Made by a program: the position numbers and the translations under genes. This document shows positions 54,797 to 64,000 of a stretch of DNA of 64,000 nucleotides, piece after piece; the first letter of the stretch is position 1, and each line of letters begins with the position of its first letter. The notes beneath the pieces are model-generated. The model saw nothing but the letters and a program-made list of their open reading frames with translations, searched no databases and was not told where the DNA came from. Source of the DNA: a virus; IMG/VR virus record IMGVR_UViG_3300045119_000180, positions 32,001-96,000 of that record; one strand, written 5' to 3'.

Positions 54797-57700
54797 TACG
54801 TCTCTATCATCAATCGGCCAAATATCGTGGCCGTAAGCACTTCGTCACCAATGCTCGATTGGCCGAAGTCCACTTTAATTTGTAAATGGCGACAACGGGC
54901 TAAACTAGCGTTGCCGAGGAAGTAATATCGACTCGGATTGTAGCTAGACGGAGCGGTCGCTGTGCCATATAAAGATGGTGGATCTGGTACAGGATCTTGA
55001 ACAAACGGCGTAAACGTTCCGCTGATTTCATTCAATAGATATGACACCGTAGGTTTAATGCCAAAGTTCTTACTGAAATCAAATTCGAGAAATTTTAATA
55101 ATGCTAGTTGGCCAGGGTGACAAAGTGTAATCGACCCCATTGTAAAATTAGCATCATACGTAAAGCCGTTATCTGTAAAAACTGTCAGATCGCGATAATA
55201 GATGCGCTGATCAGATGTTGCTGAGCCAACCAAAAGCTTCTTGATGCCCGGCGTTGTCTCAACGCTCTGGACCATCAAACAGCCGCCAATATGACTAGCT
55301 ACTTGAGCGAATGGACTCCAGATAGGTTCCGGACCTTGCGCAGCGCCAGGGATTTGATGCGGATTTAACCTATACCATCCTGTACTACCGTCGGCCACGA
55401 AGACGCAGTTATCGATACCGTTTTGGTGGACCGCGACGTAAACGTTTCTAGGATTCCACGTTGTATCGCTTACGCCGCTAGATGGCAGGTTAGCGAACTG
55501 GTCGCCTAGCGGAAAACCGGCCAGTGAAACGCTTAACGACGGGTTAATCAGCCGCAGTTGATTATCGCTTGCGAAGAAGTAAATTTCGCCTGCATAAACG
55601 TCCAGGGCGTTAAAGCTCAAAAGCCCCATGCCCGGAGCTAGCGTGACAGAATAGAAGCTGCTGGTAAGTGGTCCACCAGCGATAATCTCAATGCTATCGG
55701 TAAGAAACGTCACTAATCCCTGTGGCGTCTTGACCAACCGGGTAACCGGAGCTAGAAATGGAATACTATCCGACGGATTAAAGGCTTCGTTCGGGTTGCC
55801 GGTAATGACATCTGGGCCGCCTGAAAAGGGCACTTCATCGTCCCTGGCGCCCCAAATCCGCTGATAGTTATAAGCCATCGGCAGAAAGTCATTAGGCGGA
55901 GGGTCATTGGTATCGTCAATCGGGGCTTGGATTAATTCATTCAAGCCAGGGAAGACGTTTGTTGGCAGATCAGGCAGAAAGTCTTTAAACGACCAAGGCT
56001 GGGCAACTCCGCCAATTGGTTGGGGAGCCGGAATCTCGGTCAGTTCAAACATATTACTAGGCCCGCCGCCGTCGGCCGATCGCCAAATAACGATCGTATC
56101 GACTTGCGGATCTGTCGAGCCGAAGCCTGAAATCGTATTAACGGCGCCGGCATTTGACCCAGTAATCGTAAATACCGGACTGGCGGTTGATATAACGCCT
56201 GTTTCGCTACCTGTAGGAAATGGCAATGGCGTATTAAGCCCTGGAGGAACCGGAGGATTCGACGTCCCGGCGACATCAACGGTATAAAAGTCGGTCAGCG
56301 AACGAGCTTTAAAGGAATATGCGTAAACGTAGCCATTCGTCCAGCTTAATGACTGCGCAACGTGAGCCTCGAGGTTATACCACGTAGCCGCGCCGTCTGT
56401 TGTAGTGCCGCCAATGCCGGCCCACGAAGGCGTACTGCCTCCGCCCAAGCCGCTATTAATTACGAATTCTACGTCGTTATTACTGTCGACTACCGACGCG
56501 CCACCGTATGGACTGGCGCTCGAGGGCGGACTAAAACCCGGAGTAGGCAGAAACCACTGCGTACTAGCGGCCCAAGTCATCGCCGTACCTACGCAGGTCC
56601 AAATTACCGTGCCGTCAGTAGTAATGTCGCCGTAGGCAGTAGCCCACGTCGGATGACTGCCCGACTTGCTTGTTCCAGTCTGGATCGCGACTTGAAAGTT
56701 GCCGTTACTATCTCGGATAGCCGAAAAGATGGATCCCGAAGCTGTCCAGGCGAAATAGCTAGTATTGGCTACCCATTGGTCGCTGCCTAACGACAACCAA
56801 ATCATGTCGCCGTCGCCACCGGTTGTTTGACCAGCCGGAGTGTTCCACTTTGGCGATGTATAGCTCGAAGACGAGGTTCCGCCGGTTGTTACAACCTGCC
56901 AGAAGACCGTTTGGTTCGTTGGCAGACCATTAGCCAAGCCTATTGGCTCTGAAATGCTCGAGGTATCAGCGTTGCCGGCGTTTTCAGTCGCGTATACGTG
57001 GCTCTTCTGCCATATTCCAGGCAGACCATGCTGGCCGAGATAAGCCCATTTAACCTGATGGTCTGAGGTCGTCTGGCCAGCCCCAGGCTTAAACTTCGGG
57101 TAGTTTGTGCCGCTCAGCCCGGCGCCATTGGCGTTATAGTAGCAAGCCTTCGTGGCAGGATCGTAGATGATACAAGGCGAAGCCAGCGTACCGCCTGAAC
57201 TGCCGTTTTGATAAAGCGTACTGGCGGTCCATAAAACGATCGGGCCGCGGTTGGTCCAAGTAACGCTACCATCAATCGTAGCCCCGCCTACGCCCGCCCA
57301 TACTGGATTACCGCTGCCTGTCGTGCCCAACTGTGTAGAATTTACACCCGTAGCATTGACGGAATTTAGTTGCTGAGTAGTGTTGGTCGCACTGTCATAA
57401 ATCAAGCCCATCGTGGACCAAACAGTATTAGCAACCCACTGAGTAGCCGCACTGCCGCTAGGTACAACCGTTACAGACGGTTGTTTTGTTGGCGCAACGA
57501 TGCCCCAGTTCCACGTTGACGCAGCAGCTCCTGCCGGCAGATTGGTATTTAAAGGTGTATACTTCCACGTCTCAACGCCATCGCCAACGTAAAGAGTGCC
57601 GGCTACACCTTGAAAATAGCTTTGTCCGGCGTTATGACCATTAACGTCAAAGCCCTTGGCGAATAGAAGAACCGTCGTGCCATTTTGCTGATCCCAATAA

Positions 57701-58269
57701 ACTCCGCCGGCGGTGTTAGCAGACGCCGTAGCAGTTTCTGTTTGAGCGTTAGGATTATTTACTACGACAGATGTATTTGACGACGTTATAACAGTAAATA
57801 CGCCGTTGTTATTAGGATTAGTAAATCCAGAAATTCTAACCTTTAATCCTTGAATGTCATTCGTAACGGCACCGAAAGATCCAGAATACGCAACCTGGCC
57901 GCCGGAAGAATTCGCTACGGATGTAACTGGATAAGCTAACGAAGACGTATCAATGATTAAACGAATCGTTCCGTCAGTCAGTTGGAAGCTATAGCTGCGA
58001 AGCGGCAAAGTCGGATAAACAGCCGTGGACAGTTGAGTCAAGCCGGGACGACGTTGCAGAGTTAACCTGTTAGTTAATTCTACATTTAGTCCCTGCCACA
58101 ACGCGTCCGGGCGTCCTCCGTAGAATCTTGACGTATATATGTCGCTGGGGTCGTGGAGGACATTTCTCTGCGTGTACAGCCCCGTGAATGACCGGTCAAT
58201 AAACAACGGTACATATTTTGGAGACTTGTTTGGCTGCGCCCCCGACTGCTGCAAAAGGTTCTGAGACAT
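54796..58269 (-). CDS. tail nozzle/stabilisation protein (P22 gp10/T7 gp12-like) with inserted carbohydrate-binding-like repeats
   Basis: FTGL...NVE...LQRRPG N-terminus, propeller-like body, about five W.A.T.Y...DG.V.W modules. Confidence 0.7.
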   Translation of the reverse strand: MSQNLLQQSGAQPNKSPKYVPLFIDRSFTGLYTQRNVLHDPSDIYTSRFYGGRPDALWQGLNVELTNRLTLQRRPGLTQLSTAVYPTLPLRSYSFQLTDGTIRLIIDTSSLAYPVTSVANSSGGQVAYSGSFGAVTNDIQGLKVRISGFTNPNNNGVFTVITSSNTSVVVNNPNAQTETATASANTAGGVYWDQQNGTTVLLFAKGFDVNGHNAGQSYFQGVAGTLYVGDGVETWKYTPLNTNLPAGAAASTWNWGIVAPTKQPSVTVVPSGSAATQWVANTVWSTMGLIYDSATNTTQQLNSVNATGVNSTQLGTTGSGNPVWAGVGGATIDGSVTWTNRGPIVLWTASTLYQNGSSGGTLASPCIIYDPATKACYYNANGAGLSGTNYPKFKPGAGQTTSDHQVKWAYLGQHGLPGIWQKSHVYATENAGNADTSSISEPIGLANGLPTNQTVFWQVVTTGGTSSSSYTSPKWNTPAGQTTGGDGDMIWLSLGSDQWVANTSYFAWTASGSIFSAIRDSNGNFQVAIQTGTSKSGSHPTWATAYGDITTDGTVIWTCVGTAMTWAASTQWFLPTPGFSPPSSASPYGGASVVDSNNDVEFVINSGLGGGSTPSWAGIGGTTTDGAATWYNLEAHVAQSLSWTNGYVYAYSFKARSLTDFYTVDVAGTSNPPVPPGLNTPLPFPTGSETGVISTASPVFTITGSNAGAVNTISGFGSTDPQVDTIVIWRSADGGGPSNMFELTEIPAPQPIGGVAQPWSFKDFLPDLPTNVFPGLNELIQAPIDDTNDPPPNDFLPMAYNYQRIWGARDDEVPFSGGPDVITGNPNEAFNPSDSIPFLAPVTRLVKTPQGLVTFLTDSIEIIAGGPLTSSFYSVTLAPGMGLLSFNALDVYAGEIYFFASDNQLRLINPSLSVSLAGFPLGDQFANLPSSGVSDTTWNPRNVYVAVHQNGIDNCVFVADGSTGWYRLNPHQIPGAAQGPEPIWSPFAQVASHIGGCLMVQSVETTPGIKKLLVGSATSDQRIYYRDLTVFTDNGFTYDANFTMGSITLCHPGQLALLKFLEFDFSKNFGIKPTVSYLLNEISGTFTPFVQDPVPDPPSLYGTATAPSSYNPSRYYFLGNASLARCRHLQIKVDFGQSSIGDEVLTATIFGRLMIET

Positions 58270-58922
58270 TACGCAGCCTCTTCTTTTTCGATCATGAGAG
58301 ACAAAGCTATATCTGTATTCCGATAATCGATTTCTTTGGCGTGCTTAGAACTATTACAGCCGCCCCTGCCACCTAACATCGGATGACAGAGAGGTTGGAT
58401 ATTTTCAATGGTATTTGGACCGCCTAAAGAGATTGGTTTAACATGATCCGGTACGAGCTTAAGATTAATACTAAGAAGGTGTTGTTCAGATCTTCCGCAA
58501 CACACGCAACAATAATTATATTTCTTACACAAGTCTCTAAATTCTTTAAAAGAAAAAGACCCGCTAACCAAAGCTAATCTGGCACGGTAATCATGTTTGC
58601 TCTTCATACAAAGAGCCTTAGCTTTTCTGGGGTGCAACCGCCTCCACTCCCGACTAGCGGCAGCTTTTTCTTCTCTATGCTTGTTATTGTATGCAAGACT
58701 TCTAGCCTTGGCCGCCGCTATATTTCTTAAGTAACTCTCTCTTTTCAATCGAGCATATCGTATTGGATGCGCTTCTCTACGATCTTTATTTCTTTTTCTA
58801 ATTTTTTCTTTTTGCTCTTCAGAGTAGTTAGACATCCTTAAGAGGACTTTCTCTCTGTTTTTATAGTAATAGCGCAGAGCCTCTTCTCGATGTTTTAAAA
58901 CAGCTTTAGATGGTCGTCCCAT
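58269..58922 (-). CDS. HNH endonuclease
   Basis: CVCCG, PDHVKPISLGGPNTIENIQPLC...CNSSK. Confidence 0.9.
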   Translation of the reverse strand: MGRPSKAVLKHREEALRYYYKNREKVLLRMSNYSEEQKEKIRKRNKDRREAHPIRYARLKRESYLRNIAAAKARSLAYNNKHREEKAAASREWRRLHPRKAKALCMKSKHDYRARLALVSGSFSFKEFRDLCKKYNYCCVCCGRSEQHLLSINLKLVPDHVKPISLGGPNTIENIQPLCHPMLGGRGGCNSSKHAKEIDYRNTDIALSLMIEKEEAA

Positions 58923-59638
58923 TAAATCCCGCGGGCCTGATTCGCTTGCTGCGTACGCAATTGATTCGCTAGCATCTGACTATCTCTTGACCAATACTGC
59001 ATTAGAAATTGATCTTTCTGCATCTCTGTCAACCCTTCAGCCTTTGCTAAAAGAGTCGCGATACCACGTTGACGATATTGATTCGCACGAGCGTCGTCTA
59101 CTACCGCCATTGCCTCGCCAACGAATAAATTGTTATAAATATCGAGATATTGATCTGGTATGGTCCAACTTTGAGAAGTTGCTGTAAACGGTAAAACCAG
59201 CTTTTGATAGGTTAAAAGAACTGTATATGTTTGGTCTGGAATCCCCATAAAACGCAACGTTACGCTTGAGCCGTAAGAAACAAAATTGACCGAAATAGCA
59301 TTCGGACGGCCCTTTTTATTAGCATTGGCTTTACCTAGTGCCGCAGTATTATAAACATCTAAAACTTCAAAAACATTTCCACTCGTGTCAGTCAAAGTAG
59401 CTTTCTCTAGAAAACTAAAATCTGTCAACAAGATCGTATAATCTTGGTTAGAAGAATTGATAGTTAACGAATTATTTTCATTCCTATTCCACCCCCAAGT
59501 CATAGGGGCATTTAAAATAGTATTCTGAATTTCGTTGGCAATCGATATAGCAGGTTCGTTTCCCGTACCAACTGTTAACGGAGAATACTGTATATATGTC
59601 AACGCATAGTTGACAGATTGCTGTAATGAATATGCCAT
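58922..59638 (-). CDS. head-tail adaptor protein
   Basis: Helical N-terminus, W.WN, GRP, PDQ.Y, IPD motifs of podoviral adaptors. Confidence 0.65.
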   Translation of the reverse strand: MAYSLQQSVNYALTYIQYSPLTVGTGNEPAISIANEIQNTILNAPMTWGWNRNENNSLTINSSNQDYTILLTDFSFLEKATLTDTSGNVFEVLDVYNTAALGKANANKKGRPNAISVNFVSYGSSVTLRFMGIPDQTYTVLLTYQKLVLPFTATSQSWTIPDQYLDIYNNLFVGEAMAVVDDARANQYRQRGIATLLAKAEGLTEMQKDQFLMQYWSRDSQMLANQLRTQQANQARGI

Positions 59639-60723
59639 TAGAATCCTGACCCTGGAAGATTAAACGGATATCCCGAACCGGGCCAACGGCTAATACCGCG
59701 GCCTTGACGCCCCATGATACTTCTCTCGGGGCTAAAGGAATTCTCTTCTAATTCTCGATCTTCTCTTGCACGAAGATCATTTAAACCAGCTAGCCACATC
59801 TTCCACTCATCCGCAAATTTCGCACGGACCTTAGCTTCAGGCGAATAACGATACGCCTGTGCTACGCAGCCCATACGGAATACCGGCTCGTAGCGATCTG
59901 GCAACGGAGCAAGCGTTTGGCTTAACGACGTAAACTGTACCGGCGGCATCTGACCAACCAGGTTAAACTGCCAGACGTTGCCAGTTTGACTAGGCACTGG
60001 CAGGATGCGATAGCCAACGCCTGCGGGATCTACAACTGTCCAGATTGTCGACGCACCTGCGCCAGCTACGGTAGTCCCTGGTAAGGCACCAACAGCGGCC
60101 AATGGCGCGGTAGTTCCTTCGGTGCCATATTGAGTAAGCAAAAGGAGATTGCCGTTAGCATCCTCAATCTGAGTAATCGGGTTGCTAGGCATTGCCGCGG
60201 CCGTAGTCGGATTAGTATAAACTGACCCTGCGACAGGATTGTTGCCTAGCGAGCCAGTTCCAACGTTGCCTGCTCCCCATGTGCCGAAGTACAGGGTAGA
60301 ATTAGGAAACCAGTTAACCAAAAACAAAGGATCGCTTGTAGCGGTATTGAAGAACGAACCGCTGGCTTGCGGTAGTTGTCGACCGCATTCAACTGCGCGG
60401 AAGGGTTTAGGAATCGAAGTATCGCTAATATCAAAGACTGCTCCTCTTTCAAGCCATTCAAGGTTATAAATCGATGCGCCGCTAGGATAAATTCCAGCGT
60501 AATCCTGCTGGTAGCTGTTGGCATACCACACAGGCAGAACGATTTCATTCCATTTATGCGGGAAGTCGACCGCACATATGGCGTTCATTACGTCCGTAGC
60601 GATCGTAACCATCGGCTCGTTAGAATAGCCGCCGACGTTAAAGATCGGCGCTATTTCACCGAACGGACGAATCCTATCTAAAACATTTTGTACAGTCGTG
60701 TTACTTTGGCCTAGTGTTGGCAT
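59638..60723 (-). CDS. head-tail adaptor paralog with inserted module
   Basis: Similar architecture (IA..VMN.I...KWN, P.P, LPD.Y) plus a Thr/Gly-rich insert. Confidence 0.6.
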   Translation of the reverse strand: MPTLGQSNTTVQNVLDRIRPFGEIAPIFNVGGYSNEPMVTIATDVMNAICAVDFPHKWNEIVLPVWYANSYQQDYAGIYPSGASIYNLEWLERGAVFDISDTSIPKPFRAVECGRQLPQASGSFFNTATSDPLFLVNWFPNSTLYFGTWGAGNVGTGSLGNNPVAGSVYTNPTTAAAMPSNPITQIEDANGNLLLLTQYGTEGTTAPLAAVGALPGTTVAGAGASTIWTVVDPAGVGYRILPVPSQTGNVWQFNLVGQMPPVQFTSLSQTLAPLPDRYEPVFRMGCVAQAYRYSPEAKVRAKFADEWKMWLAGLNDLRAREDRELEENSFSPERSIMGRQGRGISRWPGSGYPFNLPGSGF

Positions 60724-60736
60724 TTTTACCTTTTAA

Positions 60737-63355
60737 TTATTGAAGAGTGCAACTAGACCCTTGACGAATCGTAAGCGTTCCAGTTCCTTGTCCCGATGCC
60801 TGTAATTGAACCGTACCCGCATTTGCGCCGTTTACTAGACCCATGTCAATATGCGCCATTTCATTTGTTGCGGTCGTAACCGTGGCACCTACGGGGTTTA
60901 ATGCGCTGGAAAAAGCCGTAGCTGCCGCGCTCGCAGTAGTCGTTGCTGTAATTGCACTAACCATGTTAATTGCAACGGAAGTTGGGGAAGATGGTCCGGT
61001 GATCTGAAACTCCGGTCCAGTCGTGGCAGCAGATGCACTCCAAACAATAGAACAATGCATTGTGTAATTAGTGTTCGCCGCAACGGGAAATGAAAGATAG
61101 GGAATGCTGGTAAATGATGCAGCACCGCCAGCGTTTGTATAGTCCGCAACCGTCAGAATAGCCTTCTGAGGTATGCCAAAAGTGCTGTCTGCATCGTAAA
61201 TCGTGTCTGTAGCATGCAAGAGAGGGAAACTTCCGCCTGTCCAATTCGTTAGACCAGTGGCATTAGCGGCATCTGTAGCTATACCAATTCCAGGATAGCC
61301 ACCAGTGATGGCAGCATCTGTTACTGGGTTAGTGGCTAGATTCTTGTCAATGCTGCCGTTCCGAAGGCCGTACAACCAAGCACCTATGTGACGAAGCTCA
61401 ATCGTATCACCAGCGTTACAACCAACTGCGGAAGTCTGCGTTGACAAACCCGTAAAGGAACCCGCCACGAATTTGCCAATGCCTGAACCTTTCGCTGCCA
61501 CGTGTCCACAATAGTATATATATTCAGTACCTGCCGTTGTTGACATATTTGTAGCTACAACAGCTGCGGAACTGGCATTCGAGTCTATATTTGCAACCGT
61601 AACCCTGGAAAATTGATCATTGGCTGGAGGAGAAGACGATACAAAGGCATTGTAATTAGTTTGCGCAGCTCCGTTAGTTGCAGTGTTAGAGGTTATGTTT
61701 ACTATGTTGCTGGTCCCGTCTCCAAGAACTGTCCAGCCCAAACCAAGAACCGTCCTTCCGTTTGCCGAAGAGAATACATCTGATATAGGGGCTTGAACCG
61801 TCTGCCAGATGGTTCCGCCTATCGGGGATATCAGCCCTTTGTTGTAACCAGCAAAGCAAGCGTAAATGCAATTTCCGGATATCAGTAGACCTTGCGTGGA
61901 AGTAACACCGAGTGATACTTGGGCAGACGAAGAAGCATTACCGTTTAGCATCACGTTTGAAATCGATGCAGTGGAATTACCTGCCTGTTGCATAAAATTG
62001 GTCAAGTGACCAGTACCAATCTGTACCAAGTTATCTGTAATAGACGCACCATCAACGTCCGTAGAGCTACCATTAGCCCCCCATTGGATCGCGGCGTTGA
62101 CTCCACTTGCCACACAGCCTTCGCTATCAAGTTCGTTATCTGAAAGTCTGTGGCTTCCGCCTTGCAATCTGACTGCTACGGCAATGTTCCCTATGTTGTT
62201 GTTGTCTATGCTTCCGAACCAGCCGCCATCAACAATTCCCTGGCTGGCACAAAAGGAACCGCTTCTTCCGCCAATCGTATTGTGAGAAAAGAATATCGTA
62301 TTTTCCCCTACCGTAGCCCCTGAAACGTTAGCGAAACAGCGCCCTGTCGTCGCATCGCCATTGTTCCAATGGTTGTAAGAAACCGTACCTTCGAAAACAA
62401 AATCATCGAACTGGATCGCATAATTCGTGCAACTTCCCAACGTCGCGTTACCGGCTCCGAAATTAAAAAAATTCGTATTCGTGATGACCGTGTTCCCAAC
62501 TGCGTTCTTAATTTCAATACCTGCAACAGTCAAACTCGCTCCACCCAGAAACGTGCCACCATCCAACCTGTAAACACCGCCGTGCGTTCCGTCTCCAAAT
62601 TGAATAAGGTTCGCAGATGAGTTAGTTCCGGCATCAAGACTAGCATTAAGATGAATAGTTGCTGCTATACCAACCGCTGAACCCGTCGGATTAAATATAA
62701 GTTGACAAGTAGACAAAAGATACGCTTTGCCTGTTCCAGAACCATTGATAAAAACTTGTACCGCTCCGGGGCCGGCATAGGCATTAATACTAGCCATAAA
62801 TGCTGTTGTAGCAGAACCGCAGTTGTTAGTTGAATCGTCATCTGTCCACTGCAAACAATTAGTCGCCGAATTGCAATTTGCGTTTTGAATTACGAACACG
62901 CTAGATCCGAGACCTACACCGGTAGGTCCGTTACCGCCACCAGCACTACCCGAGCCTCTACTGGCACTAGCAGTAGAGGCTTGAATAGTTACAACGGCGT
63001 TTGCTGTTAAAGCAGAAGCCCTGACTCGGACTCGATTTAATCCGGAAACGTTGACAGACCATACACCAGTGGCCGTCGTACTTGTTACGGCAGTACCTGT
63101 CGCGGCTGGGATAGCTCCCAGGGCAACCCAAGTACTTCCGTCTACTGTAGCTTCGAACTGAAGCGTACCGGAAAAGCTACTTCCGGAGACGTTGATAGAT
63201 ACCCCGCCTGTGTTTTTTGCTAAATCCAATATGACACAATTAGTCGCCGTAGAACAATCTGTTCCTGACGATGAAATAGTGCCGGTAGCGAAATTCTGTT
63301 GCGCAAAAACAGGCAAAGCGGTAATTAAAAGCAAAAATAATACTACTTTTCGCAT
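60737..63355 (-). CDS. beta-helix tailspike-like protein with N-terminal Sec signal peptide
   Basis: MRKVVLFLLLITALPVFA-QQ; parallel beta-helix repeats; AGGAG SD. Confidence 0.7.
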   Translation of the reverse strand: MRKVVLFLLLITALPVFAQQNFATGTISSSGTDCSTATNCVILDLAKNTGGVSINVSGSSFSGTLQFEATVDGSTWVALGAIPAATGTAVTSTTATGVWSVNVSGLNRVRVRASALTANAVVTIQASTASASRGSGSAGGGNGPTGVGLGSSVFVIQNANCNSATNCLQWTDDDSTNNCGSATTAFMASINAYAGPGAVQVFINGSGTGKAYLLSTCQLIFNPTGSAVGIAATIHLNASLDAGTNSSANLIQFGDGTHGGVYRLDGGTFLGGASLTVAGIEIKNAVGNTVITNTNFFNFGAGNATLGSCTNYAIQFDDFVFEGTVSYNHWNNGDATTGRCFANVSGATVGENTIFFSHNTIGGRSGSFCASQGIVDGGWFGSIDNNNIGNIAVAVRLQGGSHRLSDNELDSEGCVASGVNAAIQWGANGSSTDVDGASITDNLVQIGTGHLTNFMQQAGNSTASISNVMLNGNASSSAQVSLGVTSTQGLLISGNCIYACFAGYNKGLISPIGGTIWQTVQAPISDVFSSANGRTVLGLGWTVLGDGTSNIVNITSNTATNGAAQTNYNAFVSSSPPANDQFSRVTVANIDSNASSAAVVATNMSTTAGTEYIYYCGHVAAKGSGIGKFVAGSFTGLSTQTSAVGCNAGDTIELRHIGAWLYGLRNGSIDKNLATNPVTDAAITGGYPGIGIATDAANATGLTNWTGGSFPLLHATDTIYDADSTFGIPQKAILTVADYTNAGGAASFTSIPYLSFPVAANTNYTMHCSIVWSASAATTGPEFQITGPSSPTSVAINMVSAITATTTASAAATAFSSALNPVGATVTTATNEMAHIDMGLVNGANAGTVQLQASGQGTGTLTIRQGSSCTLQ

Positions 63356-63368
63356 TACTGTGATTCTC

Positions 63369-64000
63369 CTAATTAATAATCGTATACGAAAAACACGCGG
63401 GATTAGTTGTCGGGGCCGAAGGAACCGTAATTGTAAAACTGGTCGCAGCTACGCGAGCTGAAACAGTCGGTTGAACAGGAGTAGTATTACAAGTCACCGA
63501 TAACGCCGTTCCCAAAGAAGAATCAAACGTCAATTGAATCTGACTATTAGCCGTTACCGCCGTCGTGTTGACAGTCACAGTAGTAGCGGAAGCCGCGACA
63601 ACTACGAAGCCTGACGGTGCGGCTGCACAAACCGCCGGCGCCGCAGCGTTAGCACAAGCCGTAACCGTTGAGAAAGCTATAAGTGCGTTAGTGCAAGTAG
63701 GCGACGTATTCCTGGTTAAAGTAGAAACGAACTTACCTGACGAGCAAGCTCCGACGCCAGAATACGCGCTGACCAACGCCGCATCAGCGATAGTAGTAAA
63801 TGACGGATTGCTTGCTGCTCCGGCTGATACTAAAGGTAGTCCGGCTGTACCTGGACCAATGCCAGTTATAGTTGTTGGACTGGCCCAAACACCAGTTTGA
63901 AATTGTGCTGGACTGCCGCTGGTAGATACATTACCGTTAACTGGTGGAACAGCCCACGTACCATCACCACGCCAGAAAGTCGCGCTAGTTGCGCTCGTTC
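63369..64000 (-). CDS. tail fibre-like protein, 3' part (5' end outside the window)
   Basis: Frame open to the window edge; TFWRGDGTW motif; C-terminal TVTVNTTAVTANSQI...SFTI domain. Confidence 0.7.
   Translation of the reverse strand, partial: TSATSATFWRGDGTWAVPPVNGNVSTSGSPAQFQTGVWASPTTITGIGPGTAGLPLVSAGAASNPSFTTIADAALVSAYSGVGACSSGKFVSTLTRNTSPTCTNALIAFSTVTACANAAAPAVCAAAPSGFVVVAASATTVTVNTTAVTANSQIQLTFDSSLGTALSVTCNTTPVQPTVSARVAATSFTITVPSAPTTNPACFSYTIIN

Noticed and set aside
1-64000. Alternative genetic code, and the many short antisense ORFs in the track
   Set aside because: Known genes are full length under code 11 with TAA, TAG and TGA all used as stops; the antisense ORFs lie within well-supported genes and lack RBS or motifs

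Overview
A 64-kb segment of a temperate, podovirus-like dsDNA bacteriophage genome. The host is probably a diderm bacterium; Acidobacteriota is my inference from a TPEP-type PEP-CTERM tail, IHF-like repeat clusters and the integrase type. Layout: (1) start of a leftward late operon (1-1025); (2) an AT-rich non-coding region, probably the genome end or packaging site (~1030-1750); (3) a rightward early region of small genes with repeated sigma70 promoters and conserved inter-gene motifs (~2.2-9.4 kb), including an iteron-like repeat cluster at ~3.9-4.3 kb; (4) a nucleotide metabolism, replication and recombination module (EndoVII, two DEDD-type exonucleases, dNTP diphosphohydrolase, 5'-nucleotidase, SSB, Prim-Pol/helicase, split PolA, SSAP, PD-(D/E)XK nuclease; 9.4-21.4 kb); (5) a sigma4-like putative late activator and tRNA-Asn; (6) an ~11.5-kb glycan biosynthesis cluster (24-35.6 kb) with a transaldolase, GmhA-GmhB fusion and HddA-like kinase (higher-carbon heptose/octose pathway), three redox/epimerase enzymes, five glycosyltransferases and two methyltransferases; (7) a GH108 endolysin, a PEP-CTERM protein, and two convergent paralogous tyrosine integrases around a likely attP; (8) a leftward virion operon (two more glycosyltransferases, ejection proteins, GNAT, tailspikes, nozzle, adaptors) interrupted by HNH endonucleases. 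The strongest candidate for a new system is the higher-carbon-sugar glycosylation pathway, together with signal-peptide- and PEP-CTERM-bearing proteins. Other notable signals are a three-copy putative late-promoter motif beside a candidate activator, a kissing-loop RNA over an RBS, and non-canonical start codons. All family assignments come from motif recognition by eye; no searches were run.
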